Below are positions 1 to 6,960 of a DNA stretch of 34,734 bases, piece by piece. A program made the position numbers and the translations under genes. The number at the start of each line of letters is the position of its first letter. The stretch's first letter is position 1. Origin of the DNA: a virus; IMG/VR virus record IMGVR_UViG_3300038701_001263; one strand, written 5' to 3'. Under the pieces are notes generated by a model. It saw only the letters and a list, made by a program, of their open reading frames with translations. It was not told the DNA's origin and ran no database searches.

Positions 1-127
1 TGCCGGAGTGGTGTCGCCGCATTGTGATATGGGATTTTGGGGGAATGGTGCTTCTAGATACAGATTACTTCAACGAGGCACTGGAGCGGTTCAAGGAGTC
101 CAAGAACATCATCGGCTGGTCCCCTGC
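1..127. repeat. Terminal overlap, left copy (identical to 34608-34734)
   Basis: Base-for-base identity of the first and last 127 nt, checked by eye. Confidence 0.97.
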
Positions 128-173
128 GCCCGGCCAGCTTCCACCACGGGAGGCGGCTGACGATGGCGAATAA
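1..173 (+). CDS. 3' part of the junction-spanning 147-aa hypothetical protein (5' part at 34337-34734)
   Basis: The frame is open from base 3 to TAA 171-173 and continues the ORF that runs off the right end (..PEWCRRIVIWDFGG..AADDGE*). No recognisable domain. Confidence 0.6.
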   Translation, partial: PEWCRRIVIWDFGGMVLLDTDYFNEALERFKESKNIIGWSPAPGQLPPREAADDGE

Positions 174-179
174 TTATCA
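159..179 (+). repeat. 21-bp direct repeat GACGATGGCGAATAATTATCA, second copy (first at 34304-34324)
   Basis: Exact match read from the sequence. Covers the DDGE-stop/ATG gene junction. Confidence 0.95.
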
Positions 180-360
180 AGCAGTCCTACTGACCCGCGC
201 GACGCGGGGCGATTTTGGTCGGACGGACGCAGAGGGATTTGGCGAGGTTACGGCCGCGCTGAATTGGCTCGCGCTGCAAACGGCGCAGGCCAAAAAGGGG
301 CGCAGAGTGGTTCTGCGTGCCGAAATCATCAAACTGGAAAACAAGGAACCAGACGCATGA
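163..360 (+). CDS. Hypothetical protein, 65 aa
   Basis: The ATG at 163 overlaps the end of the upstream ORF, and the stop overlaps the next ATG (ATGA at 357-360). No recognisable domain. Confidence 0.5.
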   Translation: MANNYQAVLLTRATRGDFGRTDAEGFGEVTAALNWLALQTAQAKKGRRVVLRAEIIKLENKEPDA

Positions 361-1145
361 ATGAAGTAGCTCGGATGAACGACTTTTCGCTTGATTGGCT
401 GCAGGAAGAGACGCCACGCGCGCCAATCCTGCGATACAAACAGGGCGAATATATTTGCCCCACGCTGTTTGAAGACCGCGATTTGAAAAATGGCCTGTTT
501 GTGCCGTCTTTGCCCAGCCTGCGGGATACCGTAACGGCGTGGATCGACGGGCAGAATTACCCGGTCGAGGAACACGAGGCGTTTGTATTCTTCGGCGAGA
601 AGCTGCCGACCCAGCTCACCGCCTACCCTACCCGATCTGACGGCAAAGACGCATGGGTCAACGGGCAGAAAATCGACGGCATGCTGTTTGTCGAGGGTTC
701 GGACTGGCAACCCGTGACGCTTGTTGCCGGCACTGCGACCAGCATGATCCAAGTGAAAGAAGCGCTCAAAAAGTCGAAGCAGCAGGCGCGCAGCTATCCG
801 GTGGCGGAATGGTCGCCGGTCTGGCAGATGCGCGGCGGCAATTTTTATGAGTCCAAGGTCGCCGGCAAGGTCAAGATCCCGCTTTATGAGCTGGTTGGCA
901 TGGTTAAGAGCGACGGCACGGTCAAGGCGTTGGAGCCGGGCTTCGACATGACGCCTTGCGAAACGCTGGGCGATCGCGTTCCGACGCCGGAGGCCAGTGT
1001 GGGCATGTTTGCGCTGCCGAGCGGGCCGTCTCAGGTCGGCGGTGCCGGGGACGTGGCTGCGATGGCTGCGAGCGGTGTGGTCGTGCCGGGCAAGCCGGGC
1101 GGTGCGCCGATGGCGGCTGACGTGGATGATGATATTCCGTTTTGA
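357..1145 (+). CDS. Putative non-canonical ssDNA-binding/annealing protein with bacterial SSB-type C-terminal tip (..DVDDDIPF)
   Basis: ATG 357 (ATGA coupling) is preferred over the longer 264 start. A Gly/Pro/Ala-rich linker is followed by the terminal DDDIPF, identical to the SSB acidic tip. Lies in the recombination/replication operon. Confidence 0.5.
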   Translation: MNEVARMNDFSLDWLQEETPRAPILRYKQGEYICPTLFEDRDLKNGLFVPSLPSLRDTVTAWIDGQNYPVEEHEAFVFFGEKLPTQLTAYPTRSDGKDAWVNGQKIDGMLFVEGSDWQPVTLVAGTATSMIQVKEALKKSKQQARSYPVAEWSPVWQMRGGNFYESKVAGKVKIPLYELVGMVKSDGTVKALEPGFDMTPCETLGDRVPTPEASVGMFALPSGPSQVGGAGDVAAMAASGVVVPGKPGGAPMAADVDDDIPF

Positions 1146-1182
1146 TCGGAATTACCGACGACCGGCCGGTGTTGCCGGTATT

Positions 1183-1211
1183 GGCGGGGCTTCGGTCCCG
1201 CCGCTTTATTT
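1183..1211 (+). terminator. Rho-independent terminator candidate after the SSB-tail gene
   Basis: 8-bp GC-rich stem (GGCGGGGC/GTCCCGCC with one G-U pair), UUCG tetraloop, then GCTTTATTT. Confidence 0.55.
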
Positions 1212-1225
1212 GAGACGAGGGATTT

Positions 1226-1663
1226 ATGGTTGTTATCATTCCGCCCAGTGACGAATACCGGGAAAAACTGCTCGCGACGCGGCGCAATCCGCGTGGGCGC
1301 AAGCTGATTACCGCCGACGAGGTTGAGCTTGCGAAACGAATTGAACATCGGCGGCTGAGCCAGGGCGTGACACAGCAGGAGATCGCCGATCTGCTTGAGG
1401 TGCATCTCAACCAGGCGAACAAATATCTGCGCGGTCACAACAAATTGTCGATCAGCAAATTCGTAAAGCTGTGCGCGTTTTTGCAGGTCGCGCCGAACGA
1501 GCTGCTGTGGGGCTTGGACGACGTTAAGACGCCGGAGTTGCGCGATAGCCCAAAACGTATGCTGGCGATGGCGCAGATGTTCAACGCGATCGAGGACCAA
1601 GTGAAGCGCGATGCGATCTATTCGATGATCGCGCGCGTGTATCGCGGGGAGGTCGAACTATGA
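1226..1663 (+). CDS. XRE-family helix-turn-helix transcriptional regulator
   Basis: HTH_3-type segment LSQGVTQQEIADLLEVHLNQANKYLRGHNKLSISKFVKLCAFLQVAPNELL. ATGA-coupled to the primase-helicase gene. Confidence 0.8.
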   Translation: MVVIIPPSDEYREKLLATRRNPRGRKLITADEVELAKRIEHRRLSQGVTQQEIADLLEVHLNQANKYLRGHNKLSISKFVKLCAFLQVAPNELLWGLDDVKTPELRDSPKRMLAMAQMFNAIEDQVKRDAIYSMIARVYRGEVEL

Positions 1664-3927
1664 GTTTGGCCGGGGATTTTCTTTGCGCGCTGTGGGCCAA
1701 TGGCCTGCCCGACGACATGGCGATCGAGCTGCGTTTGATCGCTTCGCCGACGCGATCCAAATGGTTCGAGGCGGCCCACCTGCCCATGCTGCCCGATCCG
1801 GTGCGGCAGGAAGGGACGGCGACGTTTAGCGTCTGTGCGGGCGCTGTGGGGCTTCCTGGCGCTATGTCTGATGCTGATGCGGCGCTGGCTCCGGCATGCT
1901 GGATCGACATTGACTTGATTGACAGCACCTTAAAAAAATCAGGCGCGGTGCGCGATGTTACGATGGGCCAAATCCGCGAAGCGGCGGATGGTGTGGCGGA
2001 CGCATTGCGCGGCCTGCCGTTTCCGCCAAGCGCGATCGTCTATTCGGGCGGCGGCGTGCATGCGTACTGGCGGTTTGCTGAGCCTGATCGGAATTTGGAT
2101 TTAGTCGAGGCGGTGAATGCGCGGCTGGCGACGATCTGCGCCGGGGATGAAGCGGTTCGCAACAGGTCACGCGTCATGCGTCTTCCCGGCTCGATGAACC
2201 GGAAATATGCCGAACCTGTGCAAGCCGAAGTCTTGGGTCGGTTTGACGCTTGGGCGCGCGATTACGAGCTTTCGGATCTGGACGACATGACGGCGGACTA
2301 TTCGCGCCGTGACGTGGTTGTGGCGGTCGCTGAGGCGCAGGAAGCGATCGTTGCGGCCAGTGGTGCCGACTTGGCGGAACTGGCGTCTGCGGCCGTTGTG
2401 GCGACTCCTGGCGGCATGATGGACGGGCGCGGCGATTGGGCCGAGTGGGAAGCGGCGGCGCGGGCTGGCGACAATTGGAATTCGAACTGCTTGAAGCTGG
2501 TCGCGCGGTGGGTGGCGATTGGTTGGAGCAATGCGCAGATTTATGAGCGCGGGATGGCGCTGCGGCTTGAGGGATACAGCGAGGCGGAGACGCGCGCGGA
2601 GTTTGAGTATTTCATACGGTCGGCGCGGTCGAAGGGCTTCGCGCCGGTCGTGGCGGGGCGTCCGCTCGATTACGAGACCTGGCGGGATGATTGGGCGCTG
2701 ATCGAGACGAGCGGGCGGTTTGTGCGCCTGTCGACGCGAACGGAAGTGACCCAGCAGACGTGGCGGCTGACCAATTCGCACCTGTATGCGGTCGAGGTGA
2801 ACGATGCGGGCGAAGAAAAGCGCGTGCCGTTTGCGAAGCGCTGGCTGGCCGATGGCGAGGCGTTCAAATTGCACGATTACGTGATGGCACCAGACGAGCC
2901 GCTGATTACGGCGGGGAACTGCCTCAACCTGTGGCGCGAGTATCGGGCGCGGATCATTGCGGACCAGGGCAACGACCCAGCGACATCGCGCGCGGTGGCT
3001 CGGTGTTGGCAGCTTGTCCTATTTTTGTGCGGCGAGCGTGAGGACGTGGCGCTCAACGTTTTGAATTGGATCGGGCGCGGGTTGTTCCATCCGTCGGAGC
3101 GGGCGAAGTTTGCGCTATTCATTATTAGCGATCTGAAGGGCGCGGGAAAGTCGCTGCTCGGCAATCTGGTCGGCGAGCTGTACGGCCACGAGGCGAGCGT
3201 ATCGCTCGGTGGTATCGACGGGCTGATCGGGCCGTTTCCCGGCGACGTGCTGACGGGCAAGGCGTTTGTGTGCGTGCATGAAACCAGCGACCGGGGGGAT
3301 GCTGGGCGGTTTGGCGCGATGGAGCGGTTGAAAAGCATGATCACCGAGCCGGCGTTAAGTTTGAACCGTAAGGGCGTGTCGCAGATTAGCGTCGATAACT
3401 TTTGTCGGTTCTTGTTCCTGTCGAACCACGAGGACGGGCTGGTTGTTGACGACAACGAGCGTCGGCTTGCCGTGGTCAACTGCGGGGCGACTGAGGCGCT
3501 GCCGCCGGGTTTCTATGACGACTTTGTTGACGAGTGCTTCACGGCGCAGGGGCTGGCTGATCTCGCGCGTTGGCTTCGGGATGAGCACTGCGCCGAGTTG
3601 CCCAATCGGGCGTGGCGGCTCGATATGGACACGGTGCAGGACAGCCTGACGAGCGACTGGGCGGCGACGCTGAACGAGCGGGTGGCCGATGCGTATATGT
3701 TTGGGGTGAAGGTCGCGGCGGGCGATATGCAGGCCGTGTGCAACCAGATCGCAGGGACGAGACTGCCGAACCACGTACTGAAAAACGAGCTGAAGCGCGC
3801 GGGATGGAAGAATGATCGGGGCAAGCGTGACGGCAAGGTTAGGCGGTTTTACACCAATAACGCGAAAAAAAGCGATTGGGCTGATGATTTTGTCACAAAG
3901 GTCGGCGAGACGGATGTCTTGTTTTAA
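1660..3927 (+). CDS. Bifunctional replication protein: AEP-type primase/prim-pol domain fused to P4/D5-type SF3 helicase
   Basis: N-terminal motifs VYSGGGVHAYWRF and RVMRLPGSMNRK. C-terminal Walker A DLKGAGKS, Walker B FVCVHE, and a downstream LSNH block. 755 aa. Confidence 0.88.
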   Translation: MSLAGDFLCALWANGLPDDMAIELRLIASPTRSKWFEAAHLPMLPDPVRQEGTATFSVCAGAVGLPGAMSDADAALAPACWIDIDLIDSTLKKSGAVRDVTMGQIREAADGVADALRGLPFPPSAIVYSGGGVHAYWRFAEPDRNLDLVEAVNARLATICAGDEAVRNRSRVMRLPGSMNRKYAEPVQAEVLGRFDAWARDYELSDLDDMTADYSRRDVVVAVAEAQEAIVAASGADLAELASAAVVATPGGMMDGRGDWAEWEAAARAGDNWNSNCLKLVARWVAIGWSNAQIYERGMALRLEGYSEAETRAEFEYFIRSARSKGFAPVVAGRPLDYETWRDDWALIETSGRFVRLSTRTEVTQQTWRLTNSHLYAVEVNDAGEEKRVPFAKRWLADGEAFKLHDYVMAPDEPLITAGNCLNLWREYRARIIADQGNDPATSRAVARCWQLVLFLCGEREDVALNVLNWIGRGLFHPSERAKFALFIISDLKGAGKSLLGNLVGELYGHEASVSLGGIDGLIGPFPGDVLTGKAFVCVHETSDRGDAGRFGAMERLKSMITEPALSLNRKGVSQISVDNFCRFLFLSNHEDGLVVDDNERRLAVVNCGATEALPPGFYDDFVDECFTAQGLADLARWLRDEHCAELPNRAWRLDMDTVQDSLTSDWAATLNERVADAYMFGVKVAAGDMQAVCNQIAGTRLPNHVLKNELKRAGWKNDRGKRDGKVRRFYTNNAKKSDWADDFVTKVGETDVLF

Positions 3928-3981
3928 TCGCGGTTTGGTTGTGGCGCGGGACGTTTTGCGCGCAAAGATGGGCAAAAACCC

Positions 3982-4097
3982 AAAAGGTTGCCAGACGTTG
4001 CCAGACGTATATAGAGCGAAACTTTTTTAATAGATAAAATAGGAAATAACTAAAAATATTGGGGGCCAAACCGTGTGGCAACGTGTGGCAACCTTTT
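3982..4097. promoter_or_regulatory. Origin-of-replication candidate: inverted pairs of 10-bp iterons flanking a 64-bp AT-rich core
   Basis: GTTGCCAGAC x2 in tandem (3987-4006). The reverse complement of GTTGCCACAC x2 lies at 4072-4097 (24/26 arm identity). Spacer 4008-4071 is the most AT-rich stretch seen. Located directly downstream of the primase-helicase gene. Confidence 0.5.
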
Positions 4098-4151
4098 TTT
4101 AGCCGCGCCCCGTGGGTTATATGGAGTTTTACAACTGAAAGGTGTGAACCG

Positions 4152-4373
4152 ATGAAAAGACTGAAGAACGTGACGCTGCGCGTGGTTTTGACGTGCGACT
4201 GTGGGCCGTTTGACTTTGAGACCGAAGACGAGCGCGACGATTGGCACTACGAATTAGGGTGGCAGCTTGCCGAGCGCTTAGACGTGCCGGCGCACAAGTC
4301 GGACAACGTAAACATCGACCACGTGTTCCTGCCGCGCGTTGATACCAATGACAAACCGGATCCGGTTCGGTAA
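4152..4373 (+). CDS. Hypothetical protein, 73 aa
   Basis: ATG 4152 follows GAAAGG. The longer TTG-4059 version would run through the iteron arm. No recognisable domain. Confidence 0.55.
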   Translation: MKRLKNVTLRVVLTCDCGPFDFETEDERDDWHYELGWQLAERLDVPAHKSDNVNIDHVFLPRVDTNDKPDPVR

Positions 4374-4382
4374 ATTGACCGC

Positions 4383-4961
4383 ATGACCGGGAAGACCAAC
4401 AAAGAATTCGGCGCGCGCCGCAAGCTGACGGACGACGAGCTTGACCAGCTCCGGCGGCTGGCTGGGTTGCTGAACGTGGATCAGGTCGCCGACTACTTTG
4501 CGATCAGTCGGGACAATTTCGAGAAGATGCGTGCAGATGATCCCGAGATAATGGAAATTTATAAGCAAGGTAGAGCGGGGCTCGTCGGAAAAGTTGCCCA
4601 GACGCTCGTGCAAAAGGCGCTCGAAGGCGACACGCAAAGCCTGATGTTTTACCTCAAGACCCAGGGCCGCTGGACCGAGAAGCTCGACGTCGAGGTCAAA
4701 GGCGAAGTCACGCTCGCATCGGCCCTGCGCGAGATGGCGCAAACGCGGGTCATCGAGGGCGATGCGTCCGAAGTCGGACGACTTGACGAGCATCCAAAGC
4801 GAAAAGCCTTGTGCGATCAAAGGGTTAAGGACGATGGAAGTTATACCCCAGCGACAATGGACGCCGAAGCGGCGACAGATCGGCTGCTGAAAGGCGCGAA
4901 GCAGAGCGTCGCGAACCGGCGCAAGAAAGCCGCTCGACGCGCCCAGGCGGACGACACCTAG
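4383..4961 (+). CDS. terS: Terminase small subunit (putative)
   Basis: N-terminal HTH-like LNVDQVADYFAISRDNFEKM, followed by the block SLMFYLKTQGRW typical of small terminases. Lies upstream of terL. Confidence 0.6.
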   Translation: MTGKTNKEFGARRKLTDDELDQLRRLAGLLNVDQVADYFAISRDNFEKMRADDPEIMEIYKQGRAGLVGKVAQTLVQKALEGDTQSLMFYLKTQGRWTEKLDVEVKGEVTLASALREMAQTRVIEGDASEVGRLDEHPKRKALCDQRVKDDGSYTPATMDAEAATDRLLKGAKQSVANRRKKAARRAQADDT

Positions 4962-4962
4962 A

Positions 4963-5054
4963 CCCCCCCCTTCGCTCAGACACGCGGGGGCAGTTATTAT
5001 TTGATACCCCCCTTGCACCCCCCCCCTTCTCAATTTGAAAGCACTGACACCCCC
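4963..5054. repeat. Cluster of homopolymeric C runs (C8, C6, C9, C5) plus one G5 run
   Basis: C8 at 4963-4970, G5 at 4986-4990, C6 at 5007-5012, C9 at 5018-5026, C5 at 5050-5054. Confidence 0.9.
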
Positions 5055-5432
5055 ATGCCCTCCAAAAATTTCCGCAAAAACAACGCCGACAAGCCCCGCT
5101 GGTCACGCCTCGCGCGTTTGCCCGGCCACGCCTGCTTGCTCAAAGCGATGGAACGCAACGACTTCGGCGCAGCGCAATACGGCGATCAAAACTGGCGCAA
5201 CGGCACAGTCGACGCCTATCTCGACGCGCTGATGCGCCACGCGATCGCCCTGTGCAGTGGCCAAATCGCCGACGCCGACGATCCCGGCGCAATGGCCCAT
5301 TCGCTCGAACACACCGACGCGATCGTTTGGAACGCGCTCGTCCTGTCCGAATTGATCGCTGCCGAGGCTAACGCGCGCGATGCTGGGCCGGTCGAGGTCG
5401 CGGAGGACACGCTCGTTTATCCGAAACTGTAA
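5055..5432 (+). CDS. dATP/dGTP diphosphohydrolase-like (DUF5664/MazG-type all-alpha) protein, putative
   Basis: Blocks KPRWS, QYGDQNWRNG, YLDALMRHA and HSLEHTDAIVWNALVL match the family pattern as I recall it. ATG 5055 was chosen over TTG 5001, which lies in the poly-C tract. Confidence 0.5.
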   Translation: MPSKNFRKNNADKPRWSRLARLPGHACLLKAMERNDFGAAQYGDQNWRNGTVDAYLDALMRHAIALCSGQIADADDPGAMAHSLEHTDAIVWNALVLSELIAAEANARDAGPVEVAEDTLVYPKL

Positions 5433-5625
5433 TTTTGTCCTTGCCTACCGACCACCGATTTGTAACAGTCGGTTTGCCTATGGTGTGGTGTATCCGCTGA
5501 TGGTGGTCGCTTCCTCCCTTCAACTTTCGCGATCACCATCAACGCCGCGCCGGGGGCAATATCTCTCTTTCGGGTTGCCGAAAACTCGCCCCGCCGCCCA
5601 TCCTCCACCGGCGGGGCATTTTTTT
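5433..5625 (+). ncRNA. Candidate structured 3'UTR-derived/small RNA ending in a strong terminator
   Basis: 193-nt non-coding stretch. 12-bp hairpin at 5499-5540 with loop UUCCUCCCUUCAACUUUC. Terminator hairpin whose loop reads CCCAUCCUCCAC. Both loops expose anti-SD-like CCUCC. Confidence 0.3.
5588..5625 (+). terminator. Rho-independent terminator
   Basis: Perfect 9-bp stem GCCCCGCCG/CGGCGGGGC, 12-nt loop, then A + T7 run (5619-5625). Confidence 0.85.
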
Positions 5626-5636
5626 GAGGTTTCGCC

Positions 5637-5777
5637 GTGGTCGCTCAAGCCGTCGCCGAGGCATTTCAGCATAACGAAACCATGTGGCACTGCGCGCCCT
5701 GCAACGTGTTTTGGCGCTTCAAGAAAGATTGCGGACGCTGCGGCAAGCCCTGCAAGGCGGTTGGTGTAAATGACTGA
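5637..5777 (+). CDS. Zinc-ribbon-like micro-protein (46 aa from GTG 5637, or 31 aa from ATG 5682)
   Basis: ..MWHCAPCNVFWRFKKDCGRCGKPCKAVGVND carries CxxC-x9-CxxC. GAGG lies 7 nt before the GTG. The stop overlaps the methyltransferase start by 8 nt. Too short for the ORF track. Confidence 0.35.
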   Translation: MVAQAVAEAFQHNETMWHCAPCNVFWRFKKDCGRCGKPCKAVGVND

Positions 5778-6960
5778 CGCCTTCACCCTGCATCACGGCG
5801 ATTGTTTAGACGTCCTGCGCGGCATGCCCGACGCGAGCGTTGACGCGGTAGTGACCGATCCGCCGTATGGCCTCAGTTTCATGGGCAAGCGTTGGGATTA
5901 CGACGTTCCGACCGTCGCGATCTGGTCCGAATGCTTGCGCGTGCTGAAACCGGGCGGGCATCTTTTAAGCTTCGGCGGCTCGCGCACCTATCACCGCATG
6001 GCCGTAAACGTCGAAGACGCCGGCTTTGAAATCCGCGATCAGGTCATGTGGGTCTACGGATCGGGCTTTCCGAAGTCTCACAACATCAGTAAGGCGATTG
6101 ACAAGATGGCCGGGGCTGAGCGTGAGGTCCAACAATGGGACGGCTGGGGATCCGCACTCAAGCCCGCGCATGAGCCGATTGTCATGGCGCGCAAGCCTTT
6201 GGGCGAAAAGACCCTTGCCGCGAACGTGCTGAAGCATGGCACGGGCGGGATCAATGTTGATGGGTGCCGGGTTGCGACCAGTGACAGCCTTGGCGGGGGC
6301 ATGGTTAGCAAGGGGAGACCGAAGGCGCCGGAAGGTTGGGACCGCCCGTGGATGCACGACCCTGAAGTGACTGAGGCGAAAAAGGCAGAGAGCGCCGAAA
6401 AGGTTAAGCATGCCGAGGCATTGGGCCGTTTCCCCGCGAACCTGATCCACGACGGCAGCGATGAAGTGCTGGCGGGTTTTCCTCAAGCCAAGAGCGGCGG
6501 CGGTCACTCCGGCAAGGAGCCGAGCAACAAGACTGCAAATGCTTATGGCGACTATGGACGCAAAGAGTTCGAGCCACACAAGGACACAGGCTCAGCCGCC
6601 CGTTTCTTCTACTGCGCCAAGGCCAGCAAGCGCGACCGCGATGAAGGGCTTGAGGCGTTCGCAGAACAAGAGTTTGTGCAATGGCAGACCGGCAACGGCG
6701 CAAGCGGCAAGCCTAGCAGCATGAGCGAGGGGCGAGACACGCAACGGCGCAATGTCCACCCGACCGTAAAGCCGACCGACTTGATGGCCTATTTGATCCG
6801 CTTGGTCACACCGCCCGGCGGCGTCGTGCTGGATCCGTTCGCCGGCAGCGGCAGCACCGGCAAAGCGGCGATCCGCGAGGGGTTCCAATTCATCGGGATT
6901 GAGCGCGAGGCCGAATATCTAGCTATCGCGCGCGCACGAATTGAGGCCGCTCATGTCTGA
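5770..6960 (+). CDS. DNA methyltransferase, beta-class N6-adenine/N4-cytosine (N6_N4_Mtase fold)
   Basis: Motif IV VVTDPPYG lies N-terminal to motif I FAGSGSTG. GRFPANLIHD and HPTVKP blocks are also present. 396 aa with a long central variable region. Confidence 0.9.
   Translation: MTDAFTLHHGDCLDVLRGMPDASVDAVVTDPPYGLSFMGKRWDYDVPTVAIWSECLRVLKPGGHLLSFGGSRTYHRMAVNVEDAGFEIRDQVMWVYGSGFPKSHNISKAIDKMAGAEREVQQWDGWGSALKPAHEPIVMARKPLGEKTLAANVLKHGTGGINVDGCRVATSDSLGGGMVSKGRPKAPEGWDRPWMHDPEVTEAKKAESAEKVKHAEALGRFPANLIHDGSDEVLAGFPQAKSGGGHSGKEPSNKTANAYGDYGRKEFEPHKDTGSAARFFYCAKASKRDRDEGLEAFAEQEFVQWQTGNGASGKPSSMSEGRDTQRRNVHPTVKPTDLMAYLIRLVTPPGGVVLDPFAGSGSTGKAAIREGFQFIGIEREAEYLAIARARIEAAHV

Noticed and set aside
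1-127. A genuine direct terminal repeat marking physical genome ends (T7-style).
   Set aside because: The repeat is entirely coding, lying inside a 147-aa ORF. Its length equals a standard assembler k-mer. TerS/TerL with no cos-like or non-coding end structure fits headful packaging better. This remains to be tested with reads.
264-356. Longer N-terminal extension of the SSB-tail ORF (tracked as 264-1145).
   Set aside because: The extension overlaps the 163-360 ORF almost completely and is Gly/Ala/Arg-rich. ATG 357, in an ATGA stop-start overlap, fits the coupling pattern used throughout this genome.
5380-5769. 129-aa plus-strand ORF covering the gap between the pyrophosphohydrolase-like gene and the methyltransferase gene.
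   Set aside because: It starts inside the upstream gene and reads straight through a perfect 9-bp-stem/T7 terminator. Its sequence is Pro/Arg/Ser-rich and low-complexity. The region is better explained as structured RNA plus a short Zn-ribbon ORF.
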